Assembly (NCBI GenBank): GCA_010015585.1
Contig: ML975153.1
Origin: Eremomyces bilateralis CBS 781.70
Lineage: Eukaryota
Length of the DNA: 48,775 bases
Direction: 5' to 3' (one strand)
Made by a program: the position numbers and the translations under genes. Shown here in pieces: positions 1 through 14,097 of this stretch; position 1 is the stretch's first letter, and every line of letters starts with the position of its first letter. The notes under the pieces were generated by a model. It searched no databases. It was not told the DNA's origin and saw only the letters and a list, made by a program, of their open reading frames with translations.

Positions 1-157
1 ATTGGCGACGAGAACGCGACTGCAGCCAATTGGTGTTGCGTCGAGGCTATCTCAAGGCGTTTGAGCGCTTCGACGATGACATGGTGAGAAGCCGCCCAAC
101 GAAGTAGCTCTCTGATCTCGTCCGGCTCAAAACAGGCAATGAGATGATCCATAACAT
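1..157 (-). CDS. Possible coding segment running off the left edge (unknown protein)
   Basis: Open minus-strand frame MLWIISLPVLSRDEIRELLRWAASHHVIVEALKRLEIASTQHQLAAVAFSSP... reads like an amphipathic helix. No family recognised and no convincing upstream exons. Confidence 0.25.
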
Positions 158-2170
158 TGGTATATCTCTCGTTTTGCACGATGATCACATCTGAGATATA
201 TCCTTCGGGTGCGGGAACTTCCTTGATTGAGATACCGCCAGCGCTTTGTGCAAACCTCCAACAGGTTAGTGGATGTTTAGACAGTGCTGTACACTTCGCC
301 TCCTGCCCTGACGGCTCTCCATTCCATGAACAGTTAGCAAGTTGAAATCGTGAAACAGACGCGAGGCTCGCCTACGTCTAATGGTGGTAAAATCCTGGAA
401 TGATTGATCCATGTTCAGGTGTACTGAATTGACTGTCGAATTGATGGTATGGAAATGGCATGCCCGAAGCAAATGTTGACATTTCAACACCCTCGCTTTG
501 AAACCGAATGGCCTGATGATTCGACATCGATGCCCAATTCGGAGGTTTGAAATAATAAAAATAGTAAATCAAGCAGTGGCCAACATGGGAATGCCGCGTT
601 TGAACTGGACTGAACAGACAACAACCGGTGATTCTTCGGTTCCAGTGGACGGAGCGTGCCTAACTTAGGATTTAAGTTACGGTCAAATCCGCTTCGTCCC
701 AATTTGCCCCCTCATGTATACCAATGTAGGCATTTGCAAGGGCAGTTGTCAGGGCTTCACCATTTGATGTTCTTCGGATCAATCCAGACCTGCATAGCCA
801 TGGTAATGGCCCACTGAACCCTACCCTGTAAGAAATGGAGCATGCCGCTTCCATCAGTCAGAATGAGGTCCATACTACTGCTAGAATGAATTTCAATTCT
901 TCTGAAGCAAGATGGCAAAGGGCGATGATGGGCTCGCACCAATGTTCCTTGATAAAAGGAATTGATGTCGGCTTCTCCCCAAGGATAGGCACATCGGCCA
1001 GCAACCCCAGAGAGAATGCATGCATCATCAAATGCTCTGGTAGTCGCTTTGTCGCCGCACCATTCGACTGACTTGTCAGTTCAAAACTGACAGCGGTCGG
1101 GTTTCGCCAAGTCTTTACAATACTTCTTGCTTCCTCTTCAATTCAATAGTTTGAGGGCGGCTTGCGATACCACAATCTCACAACAGCGATGTCCAAAGCT
1201 ATTTATATTTTGGACATACTGGTTCACTGGAGAGCCGATATATCACGGTGCATTCGGTTTTGTGGGGGAGAACCAGGGAACAAGCTCTCCGGTTCTCTCG
1301 CAACACGAATCTTTCAACCTCAGCAAAGAGGTACCATTTCTAAACCGTCGATTTTTCCTATCTCCTTTACCATTGGCGGAAATCTGTAATTTTCCGGTGC
1401 CCAACTCTATTTCCTATACGCTCTTTGCATCATATCTCATATCAGTGCCTTCCGAGTCTGATAAAAGTCGAGGTGACGGTTTTGTGAGGGACGCGACTCT
1501 GGTTGGGCCTCCTATGCAACCCAAATCAATCGTTGGCCGACTATCTCATCCGGGTCAGAATATAGAAGCACTATGCTTCTATGGGCGGTAGGCGGGAAGA
1601 TGACGTCGATAGGTACATGAGGTCCTAGTAATGAGCCAACGAAGCTCCTGACATATGACGCCGAATGTATTTGGCTATCGATGCCTGGATGATTCTAGAG
1701 TGACGGACGGTTGCTCGCATTGCGTAGCTGTGGATACGGATCTGTTGCCTATAGGTAAAGTATGCGTTGTATCGTCGTCGCCCGAGGATGAAATCTGGGA
1801 TCCCAAGTAGAGAGGCCCACTATGACTTCCCTAATTAAGGTTGCTGGACGACTCAAAAGGATGTTCAGTGATCGATCAGACCAGGTCAGGGTCGCAGAAT
1901 CACTGGAACGAGGCGTCAAGGCGTCAAGGCACCCAACTGAGCATGGGGCGGGGCTTGGCAACGTCAGGCTCAACGTGATTGGCCAGCTTCGATCAAACAT
2001 TCACAGGGGTCCGCCATTTGACGATTTTCTTCATCCCGCCAGCGTCTTTACACAATTGCCGTCCCTCACCAGATTTCCAACTTGAATGTCTGCTTCATCC
2101 GCGCAAATTTGAGCGAACCTGCATACCTCACTCTTCTGGCGATCAAAGTTCCCTATTGCCCCTCGTCATC

Positions 2171-3330
<1,160 letters not shown>

Positions 3331-6300
3331 AGATAAAATGTATCCACAAGACTGTGCACCACGAAGAGTTCTTCACGAGGGGTTGCCGATACGCGTCGAC
3401 GTTGATTCGAAGACGAGTCGTCCCGGCCATCGTACCCGCTGTACTACCCAGTACTCCAATGAGGGGGCAAATTGGTATATTTCGGTGTCTATCGACAAAG
3501 AAAAAGTATCGGGCCCTTTGGCTGAGCAGGAAAGGAGCTGATCAATCAGTGAATGTAAGGAGGAGTATGAACATTAACTGCCGGTTGCTCTGCTGGGTGG
3601 GGAGAGATACGGGAATAGAACCTGGCTGGATTACTTCCTGTCCAAGAGATTATTTGATCTGATCAACAAGCGTCTAAATGTATGTATGAACTATGAGCAT
3701 TTTACTTCCATCCGAAGACGTCCAACAATATCAAATGTTTGAACCTAAAAGACCTCTCCTTTCGCCGATACTCTTATGGGTTGGAAGGCGCTTCCGGCGC
3801 TTCCTTCAAGTGGTAGTTAAGCCTGACGCGTGAGCTGGCTGCGCTGGATAAAGCGACTTGTCTCGTATGATCCTATCGAATCGGCCCGTAGCCAAAGCAA
3901 CAGGACAGTGACCAGATCTGAGCTGCCCCGGTATATATTCAAGGTCAGTTTGTCCTGGTATGTTGGCTCGATCGCCTAAGCACGCGACCATTCGGTGAAA
4001 GACTGACCGCTAAGGAGTGAGTTCGAGGTTCTGCTATGCCAACCCGTCTTGAATATGGACCACGCTGTAACAGAATAGATATACAACAATGGTCACGGGG
4101 CAACCGTGCACTCCCAGACGTAGGTCAGTGGCATCGGATCTTCGAAATCCCACGTCACAGCTACCAGAAACGAAGGCTGTATCCCTCTGGGTGGAAAGGG
4201 ATGAGATCTAGAACAGCCCCTCCAGTCATGTTGTGTGACTGCTGACCGCGGGGAATATTCCAGCTTGGGGTCTACTATCAGGTCGCGTACGAGATGGATG
4301 TAAACCCATGAACCATGACAGCGTGCTCAATGCAGCCTTTGGCTTTGGATGAGGCTCAAGGTTCAATGTACGGAAGCGGCTCTTGCGGTCACGGAGTGTC
4401 TTGTAAGAGACGCCATGATTAGTAGACGTCACATATAAGGCTAAAAGCCATCCGTGCCATTTACAAATTGCAAGGCGGAAGTAGAGCGTTTTTGAAGTTT
4501 GAGCCTGCAGGAGTAAACAAACGATCAATCGGAAATTAATGGTTGGATGATTTAACGTTGCTACAGCGTATTTGATGTACAGGCATCCAAAAAGTAAGCG
4601 ATTCGTAGTGGCCAGTTAGGGACGATAAGGCGGATCCCGGCTCCTGTCCCGAGCTCCTGATTCCAGTCATGAGTGTCACCCTGTGTAGTGGGAGATCTAA
4701 TAAGGATCTGTTTTAATCTGATATTCTGATCCTAGATAGACAGGCCGAGGTGAGAGACTCCCAATAGGAGTCGCCGAACCCGATCTTGCTCTCCCGTCCC
4801 ATTTCCACTTTTGAAGTGAAATGTGCGCCTAACTTACATAACTAGTAAGCTGAGCAAAGCGACAAATGGCAACGGCTCAACAAAGATACTAGTGATCGCA
4901 AGGCCTTACTAACGAGAAGAATCTGACTTCTAATACGCGATCACTGATAAGTGGCAACCGCTAGTGAGATCTTTAAAAATTAAACCCGATGTTCGGCGAT
5001 CTTACTGGGGCCCTTGGTGAAGATCTGGACATCATCGGACCGACGGACACGGGATGAGTTTGACGGACTCACGCATATCGTAATTCGCGACCTCTGAAGG
5101 CCATAGCCAAGGCCAATAATGAACCATCATGAACTTCGAGTCAAAAAGTACGATGTCGGACTCGGCTGGTTTGGCCAAGCAGTCCAGAAGCTGGTTCTTT
5201 CAAAGATGCTTCTCTTGGTGAATGGGGGTGGGCGAATGGCGAAGTCTCACTGCCCAGGTCCCCAGTAGATCTTAGCGAGATTCTACCCAGTATTCTCGGG
5301 TTCGGGGATCGTTGAGAGTATGGGGACTTTTGTGGACTGCTGGGGAGCTGCTAACTGGACTACCTGCCGCCTGGTCTGAGCATGCTAACTTTCTTGAGCA
5401 CAACAATCAATTCAACAAAGGCAAAGACGAACGGGATGTCCACTCCGGACTCCATTGTCCTGTGCCGTGACTCCTAACTCCTGACAGATGCGAGGCATTT
5501 AATAGATCGCTTGATGTAAGACTTTTTGAGTAGTTACTAGAAGGTAAATCTTGATGCACCCTCCTGCGACACTTGATCTGCATAAATGATTTGATGTAGT
5601 ATTGTTTGTACGACTTCGTAATTACTAATTAGTTACTGTATTCATAAAATGTGAAAACTCCTGGGACACAGGAGGACGGATCGAGGGAGTACCGCCGCCG
5701 GTTGGGAATTATCTCCCTCCTCGGATCTGGTCTACTGCCTTCCGCCTGCTGACAAAATTGTCTGCTGGTTTCTTCTTCTACGGAGTATCCCAGAGCAGTC
5801 TTGCATGTGATGATGTGATAGGTATTGGTTGTTGGGAAACAATGAAACGCCACCCGACCCAGCGGTATCTTGATATGTTCATCGACCCTAACTCTAACTT
5901 ATCGTGTTTACCGGCAGGTTGGTAGTTTGTAGCTGAAAGGAGATCGGACGAATGACAAGGGAACAGCGGCACAGCCGGACAGGGTACGTACCCGATCCAG
6001 GAATGATCTGGGGGAAATATCAAAATTGACATTGAGGTTTCGTGAGAGTCCAGGCTCTACGGAGGGTCAGGCCTCTCCAATTCCTCATGCCTAGCACGGT
6101 AATTGATTATCGCTATATGCAAGTGTTTATGATTGCTCGTCAGATTGAGACACTGTCCAGGTTTGTCGATTGAACCGACGTTCAAGGCCCCCACATCCTG
6201 ATTCCAGGCGAAAAATGGCGTCAGTCGTCAGAGAAGGGGCGTCGAATCGGTGGACCTGGATGGGACAGGGAAGTGCCTGGGCCTCTGCGGTTCTTCGATG

Positions 6301-7376
6301 TCCGCGACGAGATCGGCAGCAATTCAACAACACTCCGGTCTCCAAGTTAAAGCCGAATGTCTACTGGTCAATCTGAATTGCGTAGAGGCCTAGAAAGCAC
6401 CGTCGCTCGTCGAGGCGTCGTAAACACCGGGCTCGGATCACTATTGGCCATCTATCCCGCGGACTTCAAATTAAGTCTGATGGAATAGTCTGGGATCTCC
6501 ACTACATCCACATCGTCAATCGAGGACGGTCCATCTGATAACTCCCGAAATACTGGACTTCTAAGTTCACAGAATGACGAAGGGACATCGCTCTCTCAAC
6601 CCTCGAGCACGGTTCTTCAATCCTTCTCTGCTCCTGTTGACTGTTTTTGTCGTTACATTTAGCTGGTCTAACGACGCTCTGCTATGAGTGCTCACTGATA
6701 AATCAGGTGTGCCTCCAATAGCACACTTCTGAACTTCTGGTACAGGGCCATGACCGAACCGTCTCTTACTTTAGTGTTTTTCACCTCTGAGTCTCCCCCG
6801 ATTCCTTGACGGGTCCCTCGGTGATACCCTAGGGCCCTAGCCCCTTGAATTGTGTATTACCATATCTTCAGCCCGCTAGTCTTAGAGCGCCTCGCCCTTC
6901 TCCAATATTACCTACTTCTGCCACGCCATCGAGGAGATCGCACTCGGGCGCGTGGAGTTAATGGGCCTAGTACTGGCCCACTGACGTTGGTTCAGCACGT
7001 GTGAAAACTGGACAGGTCGGAGATTTATCGTTGAAACCGCCCAGTGCCCACGCACGTCAGGCGTTAGGATTGCACCGTTAATCGCTTACATATCTCCGTG
7101 CTTGCTCCACAGCGCGAGCGTGTTTCCTCTTCTACATTCCACGAGCATCTTCTCGATTCAACCACCTCCAGAAGACTCAAAACGATCAGCCCCGCTTGGG
7201 ATACATCGATGTCTCATTGACTCAGGTCTTGGGAACGACTCAGATCGAACAGTGGCCGGCAACAATATCGCACTCTCACTTGAAGGAGGAATTATACTCC
7301 AGTGGTTCGAGTCATCTCTACCCCTCAAACTGAGAAGAAGGAGCCATTGTGAAGTGGCTGTGAATACACCGTCACG

Positions 7377-9970
7377 ATGTCAGACGGCGTGGTATACCAC
7401 GGGTATGAGCCGGGTCAAGTTGTCTCTGTCAAGTACACCCCAGGCATCATCGTTGCTTCGTGGTTTGTCAGTCTTGTCGGTGCAGTAACGACAGTCGAAC
7501 TGCTGCATCGGCGTAAGTCAAGAAAAGGATGGGGTAGTTGGTATGTATCTCGGAGTAGCGGCAGCGTACTATCATCTTAACTCACTATTGATACAGGTTA
7601 CAATTGGGAGCAATATCTGTCTCCTTCGGCCTTGTTGCGATTTGGTGTATGCACTTCGTCGGAAACCGGGCCATAGTTCTTGGGGACGGCAACATCGACA
7701 TTCAGCTGCATTACAACCCTGGCTTCTCAGCCCTGTCCGCCTTCTTACCTATCTTATTTCTGTTTCTCGGCTTTAAGACAGTGGAACTGAGGCAGCCGGG
7801 TGAACGGCTCTTCTGGCCCTGCCTCGTCATCGCCGGCTTCGTCGCGGGCTTGTCGATCATGGGGATGCATTACATTGGCAATTTTGGGATCAACAATTAC
7901 ACGCTCCGCAACCCCCCCCACTTCATCATAGCGGCCGATCTAATCGCTTGCTTCTCGTGCATATTGGCTTTGAGTCTGTTCTTCTATTTCAGAGAACGTT
8001 GGATCAATAGCATCTCGAGACGTCTGCTTTGCGCTTGCATCCTTGCATGCGCTGTATCAGGCATGCATTGGGTGGCAACGATCGGCACGACGTATAGGTT
8101 CAGTCAAGTGCAAGAGATGGAAAAAATTGATCGAAATATACACTTGATAATCGCTCTTGTGATGGTACTGTTCCCATCCCGACTTGTATTATAAGGCGCT
8201 AACCTCCACGCAGAGTTTCCTAGCAATCTGTGCATGTGTTGGAGTCACTGTCGTCCAACACATCCGCAAAATGGAGATTGCCGACCGCGCACAGCATGTC
8301 CTCCTCGCGTCTGCAACATTTGACCCTGACGGTCGACTTCTGGTGACTCAAGACGGACTGCTCCCTTGCCGGAAGGTTACCAAATCTTATAATCAACAGG
8401 TATGCCTTGGCTCCTCGTGGAATCTGAACGAAACATGCTAACGATGATGATTAAGTCCTTCGACGATGATTTCAACACTGCCCACCCTGTGTTCCAATGG
8501 CTCTTCCGTGTCACTCACAATTGGAGTAGTGTGACGGAGCTGGTCCCAGCAATGCGGAGTCATTTGAAACGCGAAAGTGTCAAAGAAACCTCGATCGACA
8601 AGAGCCGTGTCCCTCAGTCCGGGTGGGGCGAGCTTGAAGGCACTGACGAGTATTCGCTCATTTTCCGGGAGTATTTCTGTGTTGCCGCGTCCGATCTTGC
8701 CGCATCGATGGACGCCCCGCTACCCAATATCGGCGCACTTTACCACAAGATCCTAATGACTGGCACTGTCTCGCCGGAATTCCGACTCAAAACCCCGCGA
8801 AACCCCGATGTCGAGTCTGGGAGATCCACTCCAAACATGTTCGGTCGCGGCCAGCTCCTATTTCTCGTCCGATCAGTTGATCGTGGGGGGGCTAATCGAT
8901 TGATTGGGAACGGGTATCGCTTTGCCATGCCCAACCAGGTCGGCGACATCATTGGAAAGAGCATGCAGATTCCCACTCCAGAACTTATTTCGACGGTGCT
9001 TAGTTTGCGCCAGTATGCTCGAAACAAACTTGAAGCCCCTCAGGGGGGGACTTTCCTCGCCAGTTTCACCCTTCGTGCTCCATTGAAGGGCAACTGGGAG
9101 GTCCTTGTCTCCTCCCAAGGTCCTGATGTTGGCCAACTCCCGAAAGTACGACTTTCTTCTACTCCGCTTGAGTCGTGGCAGCTAAATTTCCTGGGGGAAA
9201 TGGAGGGCTGCTCTTTGAACCAGTGCGTCCGATATCTAACAAAGCTCTCCGATTCCTCCAATGCCGTCGAAGCCGAATTTGCGGACGTTGTCGTCGACGC
9301 TATCCGAGAGTTGACCGAGATGGTTCCCGAGCCTTTCTTCGGACAATCCATCTTTTCGTCTAAGCCAGTGAACCTGAATTCGGCACGAGGCAGTCCAAAC
9401 CAGGCACCCACTTCACTACTACCTTTCTGTATTATCCCCGATGTACACCACGCCCTCATCAAATCTGCCGATCGGGTCACATATGTTCCCCTGAGCTTCT
9501 TCCGTTGCAGCCAGCGCGTGTACAACAACTCGCCAGATCACGCCCATCTCGAACAGAAGATCCATCGCGAGTTCGCTGGTATCCTCTCTACGAAGGATCT
9601 CATCTCCGCCTCAGACTCTTTGCCATCCTCGAGTGTCAAGTCCTCCACCCACAAAATCCGCAAGAAGTGGCAATTTTCCGAAGGCACCACGCCGCGGAAC
9701 AGTATCGGGGTGAACCTCGAGTCTTCCTCGGAGAACGACCTAGTTGGTAGCGATAATCGCCAAGGCAGCATGGACATGTCTGCCTATCCCTTCGGTGGCA
9801 TCATGGTGAGCTCCGACGTGGTCATGGAGATGGCAGATACCAAGGGTGACAACCATATTGAGTTGCAGGATCTTGGCATAACTTCCCAAGCTGGCACTGC
9901 AGATGCCGAGCAAGCGACGTACGTCGATGAATTGTTCCGCCTAACAAGCATGAGATGGCAGCGGTCGTAA
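7377..9970 (+). CDS. MHYT-domain integral membrane signalling protein with long C-terminal soluble region, 4 exons
   Basis: Three MHYT-type repeats in TM segments (IWCMHFVGN, IMGMHYIGN, VSGMHWVA). Introns at about 7540-7595, 8165-8213 and 8400-8455 join ORFs 7377, 7604, 8184 and 8402 in frame. Confidence 0.88.
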
Positions 9971-10824
9971 TCTTGGGTTTGACACCCCCCCCCTTTTCTA
10001 CCTTATCCATAATACACCTCTTTTGATATACCTGGGAACTTTGGAGTTCATATGGCTTGTTGATTTATTACTCCTGTGCTCGAAGGGTCGAGTTTGGGAC
10101 GCACCAATATCTTGCAGGAATTTTAGCTGGTACACGGGACTCTTTTGCGTGAGGGAGCGTCTGGTCGGTGTTCCGGGCTAGAAGGGAATCACTCGCGTAT
10201 TCACGGCTGCTATTTCGTTGGTATGGCTCATCGCGGCTCACAGTGCCTGATGATTCTTTCGTTAATATCCCTGTAATTGGATATCTGATGAGAGAATCTG
10301 GTCTGGATTTTAGGATTTCCTTGTTCAGATCCCTAGGCAAAATCACCTAGAGGCGTATGGTTTGCGTCCTCCGGAGTAGTGCCCGTTGGCATTCTTAATG
10401 TATATATATATATATCAGCTAATTGCCAGCGGACTGTGATCTCACATTCCATCCTCTCGGGATCCAGTCAGGCGATTTGCGCCTGGCACATGGTTCTCGT
10501 TATTGAAGTGTTCCGTACAACACCGGATATGGGACTATTTAATGGTATCATCACCGATGGTGGTTCAGTATCGGTGTGGCCCCTGGAAAGATCTGATATT
10601 TGAAAGGGGGAATACACTAGCCAAATTAAGGTTATTATTTAGCTAATAGAGCGAATCGTAAATGGTGCCGTCAGAAAAATCCTGGCTCTGCCCAGTCCCC
10701 ACACCAATTTCTCCCCGCATCCGGCTGGTCCTGGTGAACTGGTCTCGGTCTTGATCCTTCAGACTCCAATCCATCTAAGCTTTCATATCACAAGCTTGAT
10801 CTTTTTATTACACTCACAAGAGAT

Positions 10825-11833
10825 GGGATACTCACACTCTAACGCCCAGACAAGGGTACAAGAATATAATGCTGAGGTCAGTATGTACAATGAGGAAACC
10901 GGACCCGAAAGACGTGCAGTTTTACGGAATCAGTTCACGGAAACCTGGCCATCAAAACTACGATTCACGGTGCTGGCGTCAAAGTTCGCATTGACCGAAC
11001 CAGTACCTAATCACCATATTAACGGACCGGAGGCCCCCAGTGTTAGTTGCAGATTCGATAGAGGATGTCGTTCCGAATTCAGCAGATCCCAAAGTAAAAA
11101 ATACTTTACCAACCGTGTGGCACCGATCCAATATCAGATGTAACACGGTCGGTTTCAAAGAGCAGTGGGTGACTCCAGAAGGAAAGGAGGCGGGGCAGCG
11201 TAGGTTCGAAGCGGACTATACCTACCCGGAAACCTAGTCCTCAAGAGCAATGTCCGCCTGAATGTTGCTGATGGAGCATGCACGCGATACCCGGATCGAA
11301 ATATGCGAATAGAGAACTTCCGATTTGATAAGACAATCATCAAAGTCTCCTCTCCTCATCCTGGGAATTCAATATGCCCTGTATGGATGACCAGGATCTC
11401 GATTCTCAATTCTCAACGTCCTCAAATGAACCGGAGGCGAGCAACGATGGCAGCATTGATACCAACATGTCAACCAACGCGACCATCAGGCGCACCGTTG
11501 CTATGTCCTGCCACCATCCTTATCGAAGAAGGTCTGGAACGAGAAGTGACCGGGAGTGTTCTTCCACATACTAGCCCCTTCAGCGAGCTAAAAGATTTCT
11601 TGGAACCGTGGTTCAAAACCATCGAGGTGGAGAACATGCACCACTCGAATGAGGTCAAGGAGATGTTGATTGCTCTCCATGTGCTAGATAAAGACGGAGT
11701 TGGTCCGATTTCAAATGTGACTGTTCAGAATGTCAGACGATATCATACCAAAGGCCAGACAGCAGGTCTGCCGAGCGTAACCACAGTGAGCAGGTTTGCG
11801 GGTCCTTGGAGAATATTTGAAGGCCTAGATTAG
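10825..11833 (+). pseudogene. Frameshifted coding relic or orphan gene
   Basis: Overlapping protein-like ORFs (10751-11143, 11040-11237, 11303-11833, 11374-11574) in different frames. Near 11230 a 1-nt shift converts ...YTYPET* into ...YTYPGNLVLKSNVRLNV, continuous with the 11303 ORF, with no intron signals at the junction. Confidence 0.4.
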
Positions 11834-12897
11834 ATCATTGTAGGGCTCTCACGTTAGTGGAGGCAGGAATAGTGGACGTTCATGATGTTGGGGACATTGT
11901 TATCGTGAATGATAGGACATATATTGACTCTCTTTGTGGCATCGTCATGGTGGAGACTATGGAGAAAAGTTCCACACAGAATCTCAAGACTTGATGTGCG
12001 TAAGAAGGGTAGAGATATTAAACGAGCCGGACTTAGCATTCACGACCAATAATCCAATACATATATACAAAAGAGTGGCCAGTGAGGTTGGTATAATGCC
12101 CCCACTGTCGCGTTACTCTGTAATCCTTTAGATGTATAAGATCATGAGATCATGAGACTCTCCAGGGCCCAACACTAAGACAGCGATTTACATTAGCTCA
12201 ATCGGGACAGCCAAAAGCAAACATGGCATACGGAGTAACGATGAAGAATTTCTTGTGTTCTATTCATCAAGTCACAACCGTGAGTCAGCAGTTACCTCTA
12301 CTTCAAACAGAAACGGACACGAAGCTACTAATAGGGTTCATCGTCTGCCCCTCATGCTTTTGATGCATGTGAAAGGAGGGGCGCGCACTTTGGCAGCACT
12401 CAAGCGCCATGAACATCACAGGATGATGTTCAAGCAACACCATTTACCTATGAACTATACCGGAGTATTCTTCCCTTTCCCGAGGCATACGTGCCACGCT
12501 CAAAACTCTTCTGTTACACCGTCGAGCGATCTGGGCATCTAGAATGCATATCCCCGCAATGAAACCCGCAATCTCCTATTTCCCCAGACGCCAGAGCCAC
12601 GCCAACCTCCACCATCCATGATCGTCGCGAGCTGCCATGTGCTGATCATGTCCCAACTCCCCGAGCCGAAAGGCCGAAGAGCGGACAGGTAAGCTTGGAT
12701 AGATGCTACCGACAACACGTGAAGATGGGGGTTCAAGCTGACGATAGTATATTTAAATTGGCATGGCGCCTGAACTCTGACGATTGATGTTCGATGCTAT
12801 TCCACCCGTACCTCTTGACTTTATCCTGTAGCTACCTAGACCTTTAGTAGTAGATTTCTTGGATACAGTCCGATACACAGTCTATCCGATCGCCATC

Positions 12898-13709
12898 ATG
12901 GATTCCATTGTACAGTACATTTTGAACCGTTCGAAGCTGGAGATCAGCCATATCAAGATCACCAGAGCTACTAAAGAGTATACCTCCCGATGCATGCCTT
13001 CTGTATGAGACTAACACAGCCAATCAGGACATTTTACATGGCCATTGAATGCCGGGTCACGGACACCGGTCCCCTTGGTGCCACGCTGGCCCCGATGACC
13101 GTCGACATGGTTGGTCCGAAAGGCGTGTTCGGTCGCGTTGACCTTCCCGAGGTCAAAACCAAATCGTCCGGCACCGATGTGAGCATGCCGGACCAGGAAA
13201 TCCAGATCATCGACATGGAGGCATACCTAGCCTTCACCGAGTCCATCCTGAAGGACGAGGAGCTGACCGTCACCCTGGACAACGGCAAGGGCGTTGTCAA
13301 GGCGCTGATGATGTCGGCGAACATCATCTACCGTAAGGAGGTGCGCATCAAGGGCATGAATGGGCCCAAGAGCGAGTTCGTCTCGGTCACCCCGGATGGC
13401 GCGGGTTACAAAGCCGAAGTGAAGGTGCATAATCCCTCGCCAATTGAGATTGACATGGGAACGACCATCTGGGAGGTGCAGACGGAAGATGGGAAGAAGC
13501 TGTCGGAACAGAGGGGTCGAGTACACATCAACCGCGGCGAGACGACTTACTCTGTGATTGGGACCATCGAACCAGGTGCAGCGGCTGGATCCGCGGGAAA
13601 ATTGGTCGGTATTGGCACTGAGGAGGATGCATGGACCAACGAGAGCTTGAAGATCTTATCTGTGCCTTTTGCCCTTCCAGCAGAATATACCAGCCTGGTG
13701 AAGGCTTAG
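12898..13709 (+). CDS. DUF3712-like (Tag1/LEA_2-like beta-sandwich) fungal protein, 2 exons
   Basis: MDSIVQYILNRSKLEISHIKITRATKE|TFYMAIECRVTDTGP..FGRVDLPEVKT..KEVRIKGMNGP..VHNPSPIEIDMG. Intron about 12978-13027 with CTAAC branch site. Strong GC3 codon bias and a TATTTAAA element near 12750. Confidence 0.75.
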
Positions 13710-14097
13710 AGCGCCAACATCTATTCTGTTTGACAGCGATATACCAAGCATGCAACATATCCGACACTCAGCTTGATCTTGCTCAAATGTCCAGGTAGTC
13801 TTGCGGGTGAGCTGCATGCCATTGAGCCTTCAATCTGCTAAGAATGTACACATTATCGTGTTAATGTACCGTAAATGACTCCCACAGGTTCAAGTGGCCA
13901 CTCTTTGCCTTGCTCTGATCAGGAATCAGTGCTAATTTCCCTAATGCAACTTAAAAATAATAGGACTGCATTGACCTTGAGACAACATAAAATGATGCGA
14001 CATCGACTGCAATGCTATGAATAATGGTCCATGGAGAGGCATACACCAACAGATAATACTTCAAGCAACGACAGAGCTCAGTCAATTGCCGGAGGTT

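Noticed and set aside
157..2085. Short ORFs left of KRR1 as a multi-exon gene
   Set aside because: Candidate introns need rare GAG acceptors and the spliced products hit stops. No recognisable domain.
5565..5600. ACTTGATCTGCATAAATG resembling the fungal TPP riboswitch 3' half
   Set aside because: No P5 closing strand (CCAG), no properly placed upstream CTGAGA motif, and no thiamine gene nearby.
10400..10414. (TA)n microsatellites (also about 27119-27130)
   Set aside because: Short, ordinary simple repeats.
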